A stretch of DNA of 64,000 nucleotides from Desulfuromonadales bacterium (GCA_033549025.1 JAWSUS010000014.1:20622-84621), one strand, 5' to 3'. Shown: positions 18,771-27,787, counted from the stretch's first letter. Notes: a model not told the origin generated them from the sequence alone. A program made the numbers and translations.

Positions 18771-19654
18771 CAGAGAGTTCCCTTCTGGTAGGCGGCGGGC
18801 ATCAGGTAGCGATAGAGGGACTGGTTGCGCCCCAGGGTTTCGGAATGCCCGATAAAGAGATACCCCCCCGGCTCGGTGGACTGGTGGAAGCGCTTCACCA
18901 GAGCGTCACGGGTTTGCTGGTCAAAGTAAATCATGACATTGCGGCAAAAGATGATGTGGAACGGTTTTTTGAACGGAAACTGGGTATTCATCAGGTTGAA
19001 GCGGCGAAAGGTCGCCTCCTTCTTCAGGGCATCCACCACCCCCCACTGATTTCCCGAGACCTTGCGGAAATACTTGCGCCGCCAGGCCTCCGGCAAAGAG
19101 GCGATGCGATCTTCCGGGTAGACGCCGGCGGCCGCTGTTTCGAGCACCCGTTGCGAGATGTCGGTGGCCAGAATGCCGGCATCCCACCGGCTGTACTCCT
19201 GTCCCAGGCATTCGTGCATGAGGATCAGCAGGGTGTAGGCTTCCTCCCCGGTGGAGCAGCCGGCGCACCAGACGCGCAGGTCCCGGCGGTTTTCCTGCCT
19301 CAGGCGGGCCAGTACCGTGGGCAGGGCCGTCTGCAGAAAATAGTCGAAGTGATCCTTCTCGCGGTTGAAGTAGGTGTAGTTGGTCGACACCAGATTAATG
19401 AGATCGCTCAGTCCCTTTTCGCCCGGCTCCTTGACGAGAAAATCGTAATAATTCTGAAAATTGGCAAACCCCTGCTGCCGCAGCAGCTTCTGAAGGCGGC
19501 CCACCAGCAGGGACTTCTTCTGGTCGGTGAGGTTGATGCCGAACCGGTTGTAGATCAGGGTGCGCAGCGCATTGAACTCCGCGTCCGAGATCGCCATCAT
19601 GTTGCCGCCAGGCTCCAGCGTGCCCGGGTTTGAGTTGATCGATGTTCCCTGCAT
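18770..19654 (-). CDS. cheR: chemotaxis methyltransferase CheR
   Basis: Motifs TYFNRE, WCAGCSTGEEAY, IFCRNVMIYF and GHSE. Confidence 0.96.
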   Translation of the reverse strand: MQGTSINSNPGTLEPGGNMMAISDAEFNALRTLIYNRFGINLTDQKKSLLVGRLQKLLRQQGFANFQNYYDFLVKEPGEKGLSDLINLVSTNYTYFNREKDHFDYFLQTALPTVLARLRQENRRDLRVWCAGCSTGEEAYTLLILMHECLGQEYSRWDAGILATDISQRVLETAAAGVYPEDRIASLPEAWRRKYFRKVSGNQWGVVDALKKEATFRRFNLMNTQFPFKKPFHIIFCRNVMIYFDQQTRDALVKRFHQSTEPGGYLFIGHSETLGRNQSLYRYLMPAAYQKGTL

Positions 19655-19685
19655 TAAATGACTCCTGCCGCCTGCCCTTGCCGAC

Positions 19686-21956
19686 TCAGCTGTGTTCGCT
19701 CTTCTTTTCTTCGCTGATTTCCATCAGGGTGCCGACATCCATGATCAGGCTCACTTCGCCGTTGCCGAGGATGGTGCAGCCGGAAAAACCTCTGACATGG
19801 CCGATGTAGTCCGACAGGCCCTTGATGACCGTCTGCTGCTGCCCCAGAATTTCGTCGACGAAGACGCAGATGCGGTTGTCCTGGTATTCGAGAACGATAA
19901 GGATGCCCTGGTCCAGTTCATAGTGGTCCGGTTTTTTGCCCAGCACCTCATGGAGACGGATAACCGGGAAGAAATTCTCCCGCACCCGCGCCAGCTCTTC
20001 GCCATCGGGGGTGATGGTGATGGCCGAACTCTGCGGGCGGAAGGCCTCCTTGATCGAGAGGATGGGGATGATGCATTTCGTCTCGCCAACCCGCACCAGC
20101 ATGCCGTCGATGATGGCCAGGGTCAGCGGGATACGCAGGGTCATGCGGCTGCCGACACCGGGCTTGCTGTGGACCTCGACCTTGCCCTTGATCTTTTCCA
20201 GATTCTGTTTGACCACGTCCATGCCGACGCCGCGGCCGGAGATGTCGGTGATCTTTTCCGCCGTCGAGAAGCCCGGCTGAAAGATCATATTATATACGAC
20301 TTTGTCGCTCAGGTCAGAGCCGTCTCCCTCGATCATGCCGTTTTTGATAGCCTTGGCCAGAATTTTTTCGCGGTTGAGGCCGCGCCCGTCGTCCTCGATG
20401 GTGATCCAGACCTCGCCCTCTTCGTGGCGGGCCGAGAGCTTGACCGTGCCTTTTTCGGGCTTGCCGGCCGTCCGGCGCTCCTCGGGAGGCTCCAGACCAT
20501 GGTCGAGGGAGTTGCGCAGCAGGTGAACAAGGGGGTCGGTGATGGTCTCGATGACCGTTTTGTCCACCTCGGTCTCTTCGCCGAAGAGCTTCAGTTCCAC
20601 TTTCTTGCCCGATTTGACCGAGAGGTCGTGCACCAGGCGGATCATGCGGCGGAAAAGGCCGGAAACGGGGATCATGCGGATGACCATGGCCATCTCCTGC
20701 AATTCCCGCACGAGCTTGCTCATCTGCTGGGCCGCCTTGTTGAAGTTCTCCAGTTCCAGGCCCTGCAGATCCGGGTTGTGAATCAGCATGTTCTCGGCGA
20801 TGACCATCTCGCCGATGAGGTTGATGAGGTTATCCAGTTTTTCCAGGTCGACGCGGATGTCCTGCCGTTTGACCGCGGCGCTTTTTTTCTCCTGATCCCC
20901 CTGGCTCGTCTGGGGCTTCTTCTTTTTCTGCTGTTCCTCCACGATGGCGGCCACCTGCTCGGGCTGGACCTTGCCCATGTCCACCAGAATCTCGCCGAGA
21001 GGCTTTTTCTGGGTGTTGACGGCGGCTTCCACCGTCTCGCTGTCGACCAGACCGCGTTCGACCAGCATCTCGCCCAAGCGCGGGCTCATAAGTTTTTTCA
21101 GACGTTCCAGGTGCTCGTCCAAACCATCGATGCGGCCGCTCCCCTCCTGGGCCACGTTGGCGATGGCGTCGCGCAGGACATCGACCAGATCGAGCAGGAC
21201 GGCGCCGGCCCCTACCTCACTGAAGTCGCTGCCTGATTTGGCCGCATCGAGAACCGTTTCCATCTGGTGACTGAGTTTTTCCATGTCACCGTAACCGAAG
21301 AAACCGCAGTTGCCCTTAAAACTGTGCACATGGCGGAAGAGATCGGCAAGAACGTCCCGGTCTTCGGGGTTTTCCTCCCAGGCCAGCAGGCCCTGTTCGG
21401 CGTTCTGCAGCAGTTCGTCGGCTTCCTGCACGAAGCGCTCGACCATCTCGGCCGTCAGCACCATCTGTAGGTCGAATTCGGCGTTTTCGGTGCTTTGCCC
21501 GGACTCGGCCGGCGCCTGGTCGGCCGGCTCGTCGCTGCCCCCCCCTTTGGCCAGAGTGATGGCTTCCTCCAGGCGTGTGCCCATGACCTCGGCGGCCTTG
21601 GCCATGGCTTCGTCCTCGTAGGAGTTTTCCACGTGCTCCAGGGCGTCTTTGGCGAAGTCGCAGGTTTCGCACAGCAGGCTCACATGGGAAGTCTGCAGGT
21701 CGATGGCCCCGGAGCGAACGAGATCGAGCAGGTTTTCGGCGGCGTGGGCCACGCGGGTAATGTGATTGAATTCCAGAAAGCCGGCGCTGCCCTTCATCGA
21801 ATGGAAGAGCCTGAAAACGGCGTTGATGGTCTTTTCATCGCCGCCGCTGTTGCCCAGTTCGATGATCGTGGGCTCGAGCTGGTCGATCATGTCCCGGCTT
21901 TCCTGGACAAACTCCTGAATGATTTCGATCTGCTCGTCTGAAATCTCGGAACTCAT
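19686..21956 (-). CDS. cheA: chemotaxis histidine kinase CheA with two Hpt domains and an MshEN-like insert
   Basis: Hpt motifs FHSMKG and VHSFKG; RNSLDHG, DDGRG and SGRGVGMDVV; C-terminal CheW domain; ATG at 21956 after GAGGAG. Confidence 0.95.
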   Translation of the reverse strand: MSSEISDEQIEIIQEFVQESRDMIDQLEPTIIELGNSGGDEKTINAVFRLFHSMKGSAGFLEFNHITRVAHAAENLLDLVRSGAIDLQTSHVSLLCETCDFAKDALEHVENSYEDEAMAKAAEVMGTRLEEAITLAKGGGSDEPADQAPAESGQSTENAEFDLQMVLTAEMVERFVQEADELLQNAEQGLLAWEENPEDRDVLADLFRHVHSFKGNCGFFGYGDMEKLSHQMETVLDAAKSGSDFSEVGAGAVLLDLVDVLRDAIANVAQEGSGRIDGLDEHLERLKKLMSPRLGEMLVERGLVDSETVEAAVNTQKKPLGEILVDMGKVQPEQVAAIVEEQQKKKKPQTSQGDQEKKSAAVKRQDIRVDLEKLDNLINLIGEMVIAENMLIHNPDLQGLELENFNKAAQQMSKLVRELQEMAMVIRMIPVSGLFRRMIRLVHDLSVKSGKKVELKLFGEETEVDKTVIETITDPLVHLLRNSLDHGLEPPEERRTAGKPEKGTVKLSARHEEGEVWITIEDDGRGLNREKILAKAIKNGMIEGDGSDLSDKVVYNMIFQPGFSTAEKITDISGRGVGMDVVKQNLEKIKGKVEVHSKPGVGSRMTLRIPLTLAIIDGMLVRVGETKCIIPILSIKEAFRPQSSAITITPDGEELARVRENFFPVIRLHEVLGKKPDHYELDQGILIVLEYQDNRICVFVDEILGQQQTVIKGLSDYIGHVRGFSGCTILGNGEVSLIMDVGTLMEISEEKKSEHS

Positions 21957-22185
21957 GGGTCTCCTCATGACGTACCGGCCTGGCCGGCGGTTTAATCTCC
22001 TCCGCTTCGGGTAGAAGCGAAGCGAGAGGGCTGTTTTGGGGGCGCCGTAGCAGCCAGTCCTGACCTGAAACAGGCTCTGACACAGGGCTGTGGCACACAA
22101 GTGCTCTGGCGTGATCGCCGTCGGGGCCGTCATAGCCACCGATACGGGTATTCCGACAAGGCGAAAGCCTGGCTGCAGGGTTTGA

Positions 22186-22202
22186 AGCAAAAAGCCTGCC
22201 GA
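22186..22202 (-). promoter_or_regulatory. sigma54 (-24/-12) promoter of the che operon
   Basis: Minus strand TCGGCAGGCTTTTTGCT = GG-N10-GC. Confidence 0.65.
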
Positions 22203-22307
22203 TTTTGGCTTTCCCCGCGCCCTTTCTGTCAGGCCCCGGCAACCGGTCTGTTAAGGCTCGGCGTGGTCGGATGTGACCTGGCGTTGCCGACACCAGAGGG
22301 CGAAAAA

Positions 22308-22321
22308 GTCAAAAAGATGAC
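22308..22321. promoter_or_regulatory. putative enhancer (UAS) GTCA-N6-TGAC
   Basis: GTCAAAAAGATGAC between two divergent sigma54 promoters. Confidence 0.65.
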
Positions 22322-22416
22322 TTCTGGAGCCTCGCCGTGTCGGCTGGCGGTGAGGCAAGGGCCATTATCCGCCCTCCGCTGGCGCCTTTAGGACGGCCGG
22401 ATACGCAATGGCGCGG

Positions 22417-22433
22417 TTGGAACGCATTTTGCT
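22417..22433 (+). promoter_or_regulatory. sigma54 (-24/-12) promoter of the TPR-flgB operon
   Basis: TTGGAACGCATTTTGCT = GG-N10-GC. Confidence 0.75.
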
Positions 22434-22478
22434 CTGCTGGGACAAGCGTAATCTTGCCTGTCGGTCATGGGAGTGAAA

Positions 22479-24899
22479 ATGTTTAGTCGTTTTTTGGTTT
22501 TTTGTCTCGGTTTAACCCTGCTGGCCCCGGTCCATCTTTCGGCGGCAACGGAGAAGAACCGGATCCCCCTGTTGGAAATGAGTAAAACCATAGCGCCTGG
22601 TTTCACGCGGATTTCCCTGCTTTTTCCCGAGCTCCCCGAAGCCCGGGTCAGCACCTCGGGGCAACGGGTCGATCTGCTGCTGCCGGAGACCTATGTGCCG
22701 CCGACCTTCAGGCCTCTGGCGCTTGACAGCGAGATTGTCGAGGTCCTGTTCGGTGAACGCCAGCAGGAAGCCATTCTCTCCTTCCTGGTGCGGCGGGCGG
22801 TGCGGCGGGTCGAAATAACCCCCGACCCGAAGACCCGGCAGCTTCATCTCGATATTTTCTGGGTGACCGATAACGCCCGCTCCCGCCCGGCCATCGCCTT
22901 CGGTCTGCCGGGCGGCCCGGTCCTCGATGCCGGCCGCGCCAGTGTTCGCAAGAGCGTATCCTCGCCTTATGCGGGCCGGTGGCCCGCCTTTTTTGTCGAA
23001 TACGAGACCCCGCTTTCTTTTCCCCTTTCTCCCGGCTATTCCCTGCCCCCTTTTCCCCTGGTGGAGCTGGCCGAGCAAGAGGCTTTGCCTTCCGCCCTGG
23101 CCGAAGTGGTCGCGAAGGGCAGGGAGGGGCTCTGGGGCGCAACTCTGACTCTGCTGGACGGACCGGGGGGGACCCTGGTGAAGGAGACCCGGTCCGACCT
23201 CTATCGGCTGCTGCGCGGCGAGTTGCTACTGCGGTCCGGGCGTCCTGCCGAGGCGATGACCCTGCTGAAGCCCGGCATGGTGGGTTCGCCAGACGCGCTA
23301 CGCCGCTTCCTGCTGGTGCAGGCCGAGGCGGCGGCGGGCGAGCCCTATAAGGTCGTCCACCAGGTACGCGACGATCATTTGGGGCTGCCGGAGCAGAGCC
23401 CCGTGCGTCCCTATCTCGAGCTCTTCCGGGCTGAACTCGACCTGGCTATGGGCCGGTTGGAGGCGGCTGCCAATCGTCTCGACGCCGTGGCTTCCAAACT
23501 GCCGGCGGCGGTTCAGCCTCTGCTCAATCTGCGTCAGGCCGATCTCCTCTTTGCCCGTGGCGAGAAGGCCGGCGCCCTGAAGGCCTACAGCGCGCTGGCC
23601 CAAAAGGGGGAGCTGACTCAGGAAAGCCTTTATTCTCTAAGCCGCTATGCCCAACTGCTCTATGCGCAAAAAGAGCATGCGGCAGCGGCGGAGCACTATC
23701 TGCGTTTGGGACTGAGCCTGTCCGGCCAGGCCGGAGATGATCTGGCCTACTTTGCCGCTGCCCGGGCCCAGGTGCGGGCTGGGCGTGGGGAACCGGCCCT
23801 GCTGCAGCTGCAGAACATTGTCGACACCTTCGCCGGCCAGGAAGGGGCCTGGCGGAGCCAGTTGCTGCTGCACGACCAGCAGGTGACGGCCGCCGGGGAC
23901 GAGACCTCGATGGCTCGCGCCGCCCGCGGTTATCGCCAGCTGGCAGACCAGATCCCTTATCGGGAGCTGCGGGAAGAGGCGACCTTCAAATATGCCCTGA
24001 CCGAATATTTAAGCGGGCGCAAGCTGGAAAGCGTGGAGACCCTGCAGGTGCTGCTGCGGGACTATGCGGCGGGCAACCTTCGCCGCGAGGTCAGCGCGCT
24101 TATGGCGGAAGCCCTGCCCGAGGTGGTGCGGGAACTGGTGGCCGATGGCCATTACGTCGACGCCCTGGTGCGGGTGGAGCGCAACCGCGAGCTGCTGCTG
24201 GCCGCCCAGGTGGGTCGGGATTTTATGCAGGAACTGGGCGGCGTCTTCATGCAGTTGGGGTTCTGGGATCGCGCCGCGCGCCTCTATCTGTTTCTGCTTG
24301 ACGCGGAGGACGACGTTTCCGGGGCCGAGGGCGCCTATCTGCCGCTGGTGCAATGTTTTCATCGCCTCGGTGATCTGTCGCGGGTCGAGCGCTATGTCGC
24401 TCAGTACGGCGAGCGCCACCCCCAGGGCAAGGATGCCCCGGAACTTTTCTATCTGCGGCTCAAAACCCTGGCGGAGGTCGATAAAGGCCAGGACGCGGCT
24501 GCTCTGCTGCTGAAGGCCGGTCTTACACAGCACAAAGAAACCGAGCGTCTGGCCGCCCGTCTTTTCATGGCCCTTGAGAACTATCCCGAGGTGGAAAAAC
24601 GTCTGGCGCCGCTTATGGACAGGAATTTGCAAGACGCCCTTCCTGAGGACATTTTCCTGCGGGCCGAAGCCCTTTACCGTGATGATAAGCCAAAGTCGGC
24701 GCTGCCCTTTTTCACCCATCTGGCGGAGACGTCGGCCGATGCCGACCAGGCCCGCTTTCGGGCCGCCCAGATTCATCTGACGGCGGGTAAACGCAGTCTC
24801 GGCCTTAAGTTTTTGCGACAATTGGCCGAAGAGGGACGTAGTGAACTTTGGCGCAAAATGGCCCGGGAGACCCTGGCCCTGCAGTTGGAAAAGCCCTGA
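22479..24899 (+). CDS. exported tetratricopeptide-repeat protein heading the flagellar operon
   Basis: Signal peptide, beta-rich N-terminus, then many TPR-like helical repeats; alternative start 22467. Confidence 0.8.
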   Translation: MFSRFLVFCLGLTLLAPVHLSAATEKNRIPLLEMSKTIAPGFTRISLLFPELPEARVSTSGQRVDLLLPETYVPPTFRPLALDSEIVEVLFGERQQEAILSFLVRRAVRRVEITPDPKTRQLHLDIFWVTDNARSRPAIAFGLPGGPVLDAGRASVRKSVSSPYAGRWPAFFVEYETPLSFPLSPGYSLPPFPLVELAEQEALPSALAEVVAKGREGLWGATLTLLDGPGGTLVKETRSDLYRLLRGELLLRSGRPAEAMTLLKPGMVGSPDALRRFLLVQAEAAAGEPYKVVHQVRDDHLGLPEQSPVRPYLELFRAELDLAMGRLEAAANRLDAVASKLPAAVQPLLNLRQADLLFARGEKAGALKAYSALAQKGELTQESLYSLSRYAQLLYAQKEHAAAAEHYLRLGLSLSGQAGDDLAYFAAARAQVRAGRGEPALLQLQNIVDTFAGQEGAWRSQLLLHDQQVTAAGDETSMARAARGYRQLADQIPYRELREEATFKYALTEYLSGRKLESVETLQVLLRDYAAGNLRREVSALMAEALPEVVRELVADGHYVDALVRVERNRELLLAAQVGRDFMQELGGVFMQLGFWDRAARLYLFLLDAEDDVSGAEGAYLPLVQCFHRLGDLSRVERYVAQYGERHPQGKDAPELFYLRLKTLAEVDKGQDAAALLLKAGLTQHKETERLAARLFMALENYPEVEKRLAPLMDRNLQDALPEDIFLRAEALYRDDKPKSALPFFTHLAETSADADQARFRAAQIHLTAGKRSLGLKFLRQLAEEGRSELWRKMARETLALQLEKP

Positions 24900-24961
24900 C
24901 GGCGCCGGTGTCATTATTATGACTGGTGACAGGCGTCTGACGCCATGAAAGGAAGGACGAC

Positions 24962-25375
24962 ATGTCGAACCTGGGACTCTTCGATAAAACGGTAGGACTG
25001 CTGCACAAGGTGCTCGATCTTCGCGACCGGAACCAGAAGGTGATCGCCTCGAATATCGCCAACGCGGATACGCCCGGCTACGCACCGTCCCGTCTTGAGT
25101 TTGAAGAACAGCTGCGCCAGGCCGTGAAGCATCCCGGCGTTACCCCTGCTGTCACGCATCCGGCCCATTTCCCAATCGGCGGCGGCCGCCTGGAGCAGGT
25201 GCAGGGGACCCTCGTCCGCACTCCCGATCGCTCGGGGATCGGCGACGGCAACGGCGTCAATGTCGATCAGGAGATGGTGGCTCTGGCGGAAAACCAGATT
25301 TTGTATGAAGCGGCAGTACAGTCTCTCAACAAGAAGATGGGACTGCTGAAGTATGTGGCCGGCGACGGCCGTTAA
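24962..25375 (+). CDS. flgB: flagellar basal-body rod protein FlgB
   Basis: Motifs SNIANADTPGY and DGNGVNVDQEM. Confidence 0.95.
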   Translation: MSNLGLFDKTVGLLHKVLDLRDRNQKVIASNIANADTPGYAPSRLEFEEQLRQAVKHPGVTPAVTHPAHFPIGGGRLEQVQGTLVRTPDRSGIGDGNGVNVDQEMVALAENQILYEAAVQSLNKKMGLLKYVAGDGR

Positions 25376-25386
25376 GGAGGTTCAGG

Positions 25387-25818
25387 ATGGATGTCTTTCA
25401 ATCGCTGAAAATCGGTGCAAGCGCCCTTAAGGCCCAGCAAACCCGGCTCAACACCATCAGCTCGAATCTGGCCAATATCGAAACGACGCGGACGCCCGAG
25501 GGGGGCCCCTATCAGCGCCGGACCGTGCAGTTCCAGAGCGCCGATCTGAGCTTTGCCGAGCGCCTCGAACAGAGCATGCGGGGTGTCGCCCAAGGCGTTG
25601 AGGTGACCCGTATCGTCACCGATCCGTCACCCCCGCGCATGGTTTACAATCCGGCCCATCCCGATGCCGGTGAAGACGGTTATGTGGCGATGCCCGACAT
25701 CAATCTGATGGAAGAAATGACGGACATGATGACGGCCACCCGCGCCTATGAGGCCAATATCACCACCATCAAGACCGCCAAGCGCATGGCCTTAAAGGCC
25801 CTTGAGATAGGAAGGTAG
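25387..25818 (+). CDS. flgC: flagellar basal-body rod protein FlgC
   Basis: Motifs SNLANIETT, GGPYQRR, HPDA and RAYEAN. Confidence 0.95.
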   Translation: MDVFQSLKIGASALKAQQTRLNTISSNLANIETTRTPEGGPYQRRTVQFQSADLSFAERLEQSMRGVAQGVEVTRIVTDPSPPRMVYNPAHPDAGEDGYVAMPDINLMEEMTDMMTATRAYEANITTIKTAKRMALKALEIGR

Positions 25819-25826
25819 GATAAGCG

Positions 25827-26126
25827 ATGAACGACATCACCCTCGTCAGTCACCTCAAGTCTCTGCAGGGCCCTGGCGCCACCCCCGCCGCCAAGGCTGA
25901 TCCGGCGGGAGGTTTTGCCCGCACTCTGAAAGAAGTCCTCGATCAGACGAACCAGGCCCAGGTGACTGCGGACAAGGCCGTCGAAAAGCTCCATACCGGC
26001 GAAGCGCAAAACCTCCACGAGGTGATGATCAGCCTGGAAGAAGCTGACATCTCCATGCGCCTGATGGTTCAGATGCGCAACAAGGTGGTGGAAGCCTACC
26101 AGGAGATCATGCGCATGCAGGTCTGA
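25827..26126 (+). CDS. fliE: flagellar hook-basal body protein FliE
   Basis: C-terminus RNKVVEAYQEIMRMQV. Confidence 0.95.
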   Translation: MNDITLVSHLKSLQGPGATPAAKADPAGGFARTLKEVLDQTNQAQVTADKAVEKLHTGEAQNLHEVMISLEEADISMRLMVQMRNKVVEAYQEIMRMQV

Positions 26127-26194
26127 CGCGGTCAGGTCGGTCCGTATTTTATTAGAATACCTGAGACAGCGGTATTGCAGGAGGTTGTTGGTTC

Positions 26195-27769
26195 ATGGCG
26201 GAAGAGAAGAAAAAAATGCCTGCCGAAGGGCAGGAAAAAAAGACGCTGCTGCAGATGCTCAACGAGTGGCCCCTGTCGCGCAAGCTCAGCCTGGTGGCTG
26301 TGGTTCTCGTCTGCGTGGCGCTCTTTGCCACCCTCATTGTGCAGGCGCGGGTCGCTGATTACCGCCTGCTGTTTGCCAACCTGTCCGACAGCGACGCGTC
26401 CTCGGTGGTCTCCTGGCTGAAAGAGCGCAAGATTCCCTACCGTTTCGACGACGGCGGGCGCTCCATCCAGGTTCCGGCCGACCAGGTCTACGAGGTGCGC
26501 ATCGAGTTGGCCGGTTCGGGCATCCCCCAGGGGGGCGGCATCGGCTTCGAGCTTTTCGACAAGCAGAGCTTCGGCATGACCGACTTTGCCCAAAAAGTCA
26601 ATTATCAGAGGGCCCTGCAGGGCGAGCTGTCCCGAACCATCACCTCGCTGGCGCCGGTGGAAGGCGCGCGGGTCCATCTGGCCCTGCCGGAAAAGCGCCT
26701 GTTCAAGGAGCAGCAGAAAGACGCCACCGCCTCGGTCATCCTCAAGCTGGCCGCCGGCCAGAAGCTTAAGGAAGGACAGATTCAGGGGATCATCAACCTG
26801 GTGGCGGGCAGTATCGAAGGCCTGGAGGCCGAGAACGTCACGGTCATCGATTCGAGCGGCGGCGTGCTGTCCCGTCGCAGTCAGGAAGGGCCGAGCGGAC
26901 CCATGACACCCGGCATGCTCGATTACCAGCAGATGCTGGAGCGGCGGCTGGAAGAGCGGGCGCAATCCCTGCTTGACCGGGCTCTGGGCGTCAGCAACTC
27001 CCTGGTCAAGGTGACGGCCGAGGTTGACTTCTCTCAGGTGGAGAAAGTCGAGGAGTTGTACGATCCCAAGGGTGCGGTGCCCCGCAGCGAGCAGGTCTCG
27101 GAAGAATCCTCCGGCGCCGAAGTCAATGGCGGTATCCCCGGTGTGGCCGCCAATGTGGGCGGAGCCGCCGCCACGGCGGGCGCGGTGCCCAGCAACCGCA
27201 GTTCTGAAACGATCAATTACGAAATCAGCAAGGTGGTCAATCGCATTGTGGAGCCGGTGGGGACGGTCAAGGCCCTGTCTGTGGCGGTGCTGGTCGCCGA
27301 CCGCCTGGTGCCCGGCGCCGAAGGGGAGTCGTCCAGCTACGCGCCGCGCAATGAGCAGGAGCTGCTCTCCATCGAGAATATGGTCAAAAGCGCCCTGGGC
27401 ATCGATCAGGGCCGGGGTGATCAGATCCAGGTTGTTTCCATGCCTTTTGAGAGCGGTTTCGCCGACGAGATCGTTTCGACCCCGGGTCCGGCACCTTCCC
27501 TCTACGACTACCTGCCCTTTGTCAAGTACGGTCTGATCCTTCTGGGCGGCCTGCTTGCCTACTTCCTGCTGGTGCGCCCGCTGCTGCGCACCCTCAAGGG
27601 CGATGTGACGGAACATTACAAGACCGTCGAACAGCTTGAAGCCGAATTGCTGACCCACGACACCGCCCATTCCGCCACGGTTGACCCGGCCCAGCAGTTG
27701 CGTACGGCGACGATTGAAGGGAAAACCACCCCGGCTCAGGTGATCAAGACCTGGCTCAAAGAAGGATGA
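26195..27769 (+). CDS. fliF: flagellar M-ring protein FliF
   Basis: Motifs GFELFD, RALQGELSRTI and ARVHLALP; two TM segments. Confidence 0.95.
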   Translation: MAEEKKKMPAEGQEKKTLLQMLNEWPLSRKLSLVAVVLVCVALFATLIVQARVADYRLLFANLSDSDASSVVSWLKERKIPYRFDDGGRSIQVPADQVYEVRIELAGSGIPQGGGIGFELFDKQSFGMTDFAQKVNYQRALQGELSRTITSLAPVEGARVHLALPEKRLFKEQQKDATASVILKLAAGQKLKEGQIQGIINLVAGSIEGLEAENVTVIDSSGGVLSRRSQEGPSGPMTPGMLDYQQMLERRLEERAQSLLDRALGVSNSLVKVTAEVDFSQVEKVEELYDPKGAVPRSEQVSEESSGAEVNGGIPGVAANVGGAAATAGAVPSNRSSETINYEISKVVNRIVEPVGTVKALSVAVLVADRLVPGAEGESSSYAPRNEQELLSIENMVKSALGIDQGRGDQIQVVSMPFESGFADEIVSTPGPAPSLYDYLPFVKYGLILLGGLLAYFLLVRPLLRTLKGDVTEHYKTVEQLEAELLTHDTAHSATVDPAQQLRTATIEGKTTPAQVIKTWLKEG

Positions 27770-27787
27770 TAGAGGTAGGACACGAAC

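Noticed and set aside
22090..22105. TGGCACACAAGTGCT resembling a sigma54 promoter
   Set aside because: GG-to-GC spacing is 9 nt, not the required 10
21957..22466. c-di-GMP/cGAMP (GEMM) riboswitch in the che/fla divergent region
   Set aside because: A GAAA-loop hairpin exists on the plus strand, but the GGCAAA...GACGCAAA core was not found on either strand
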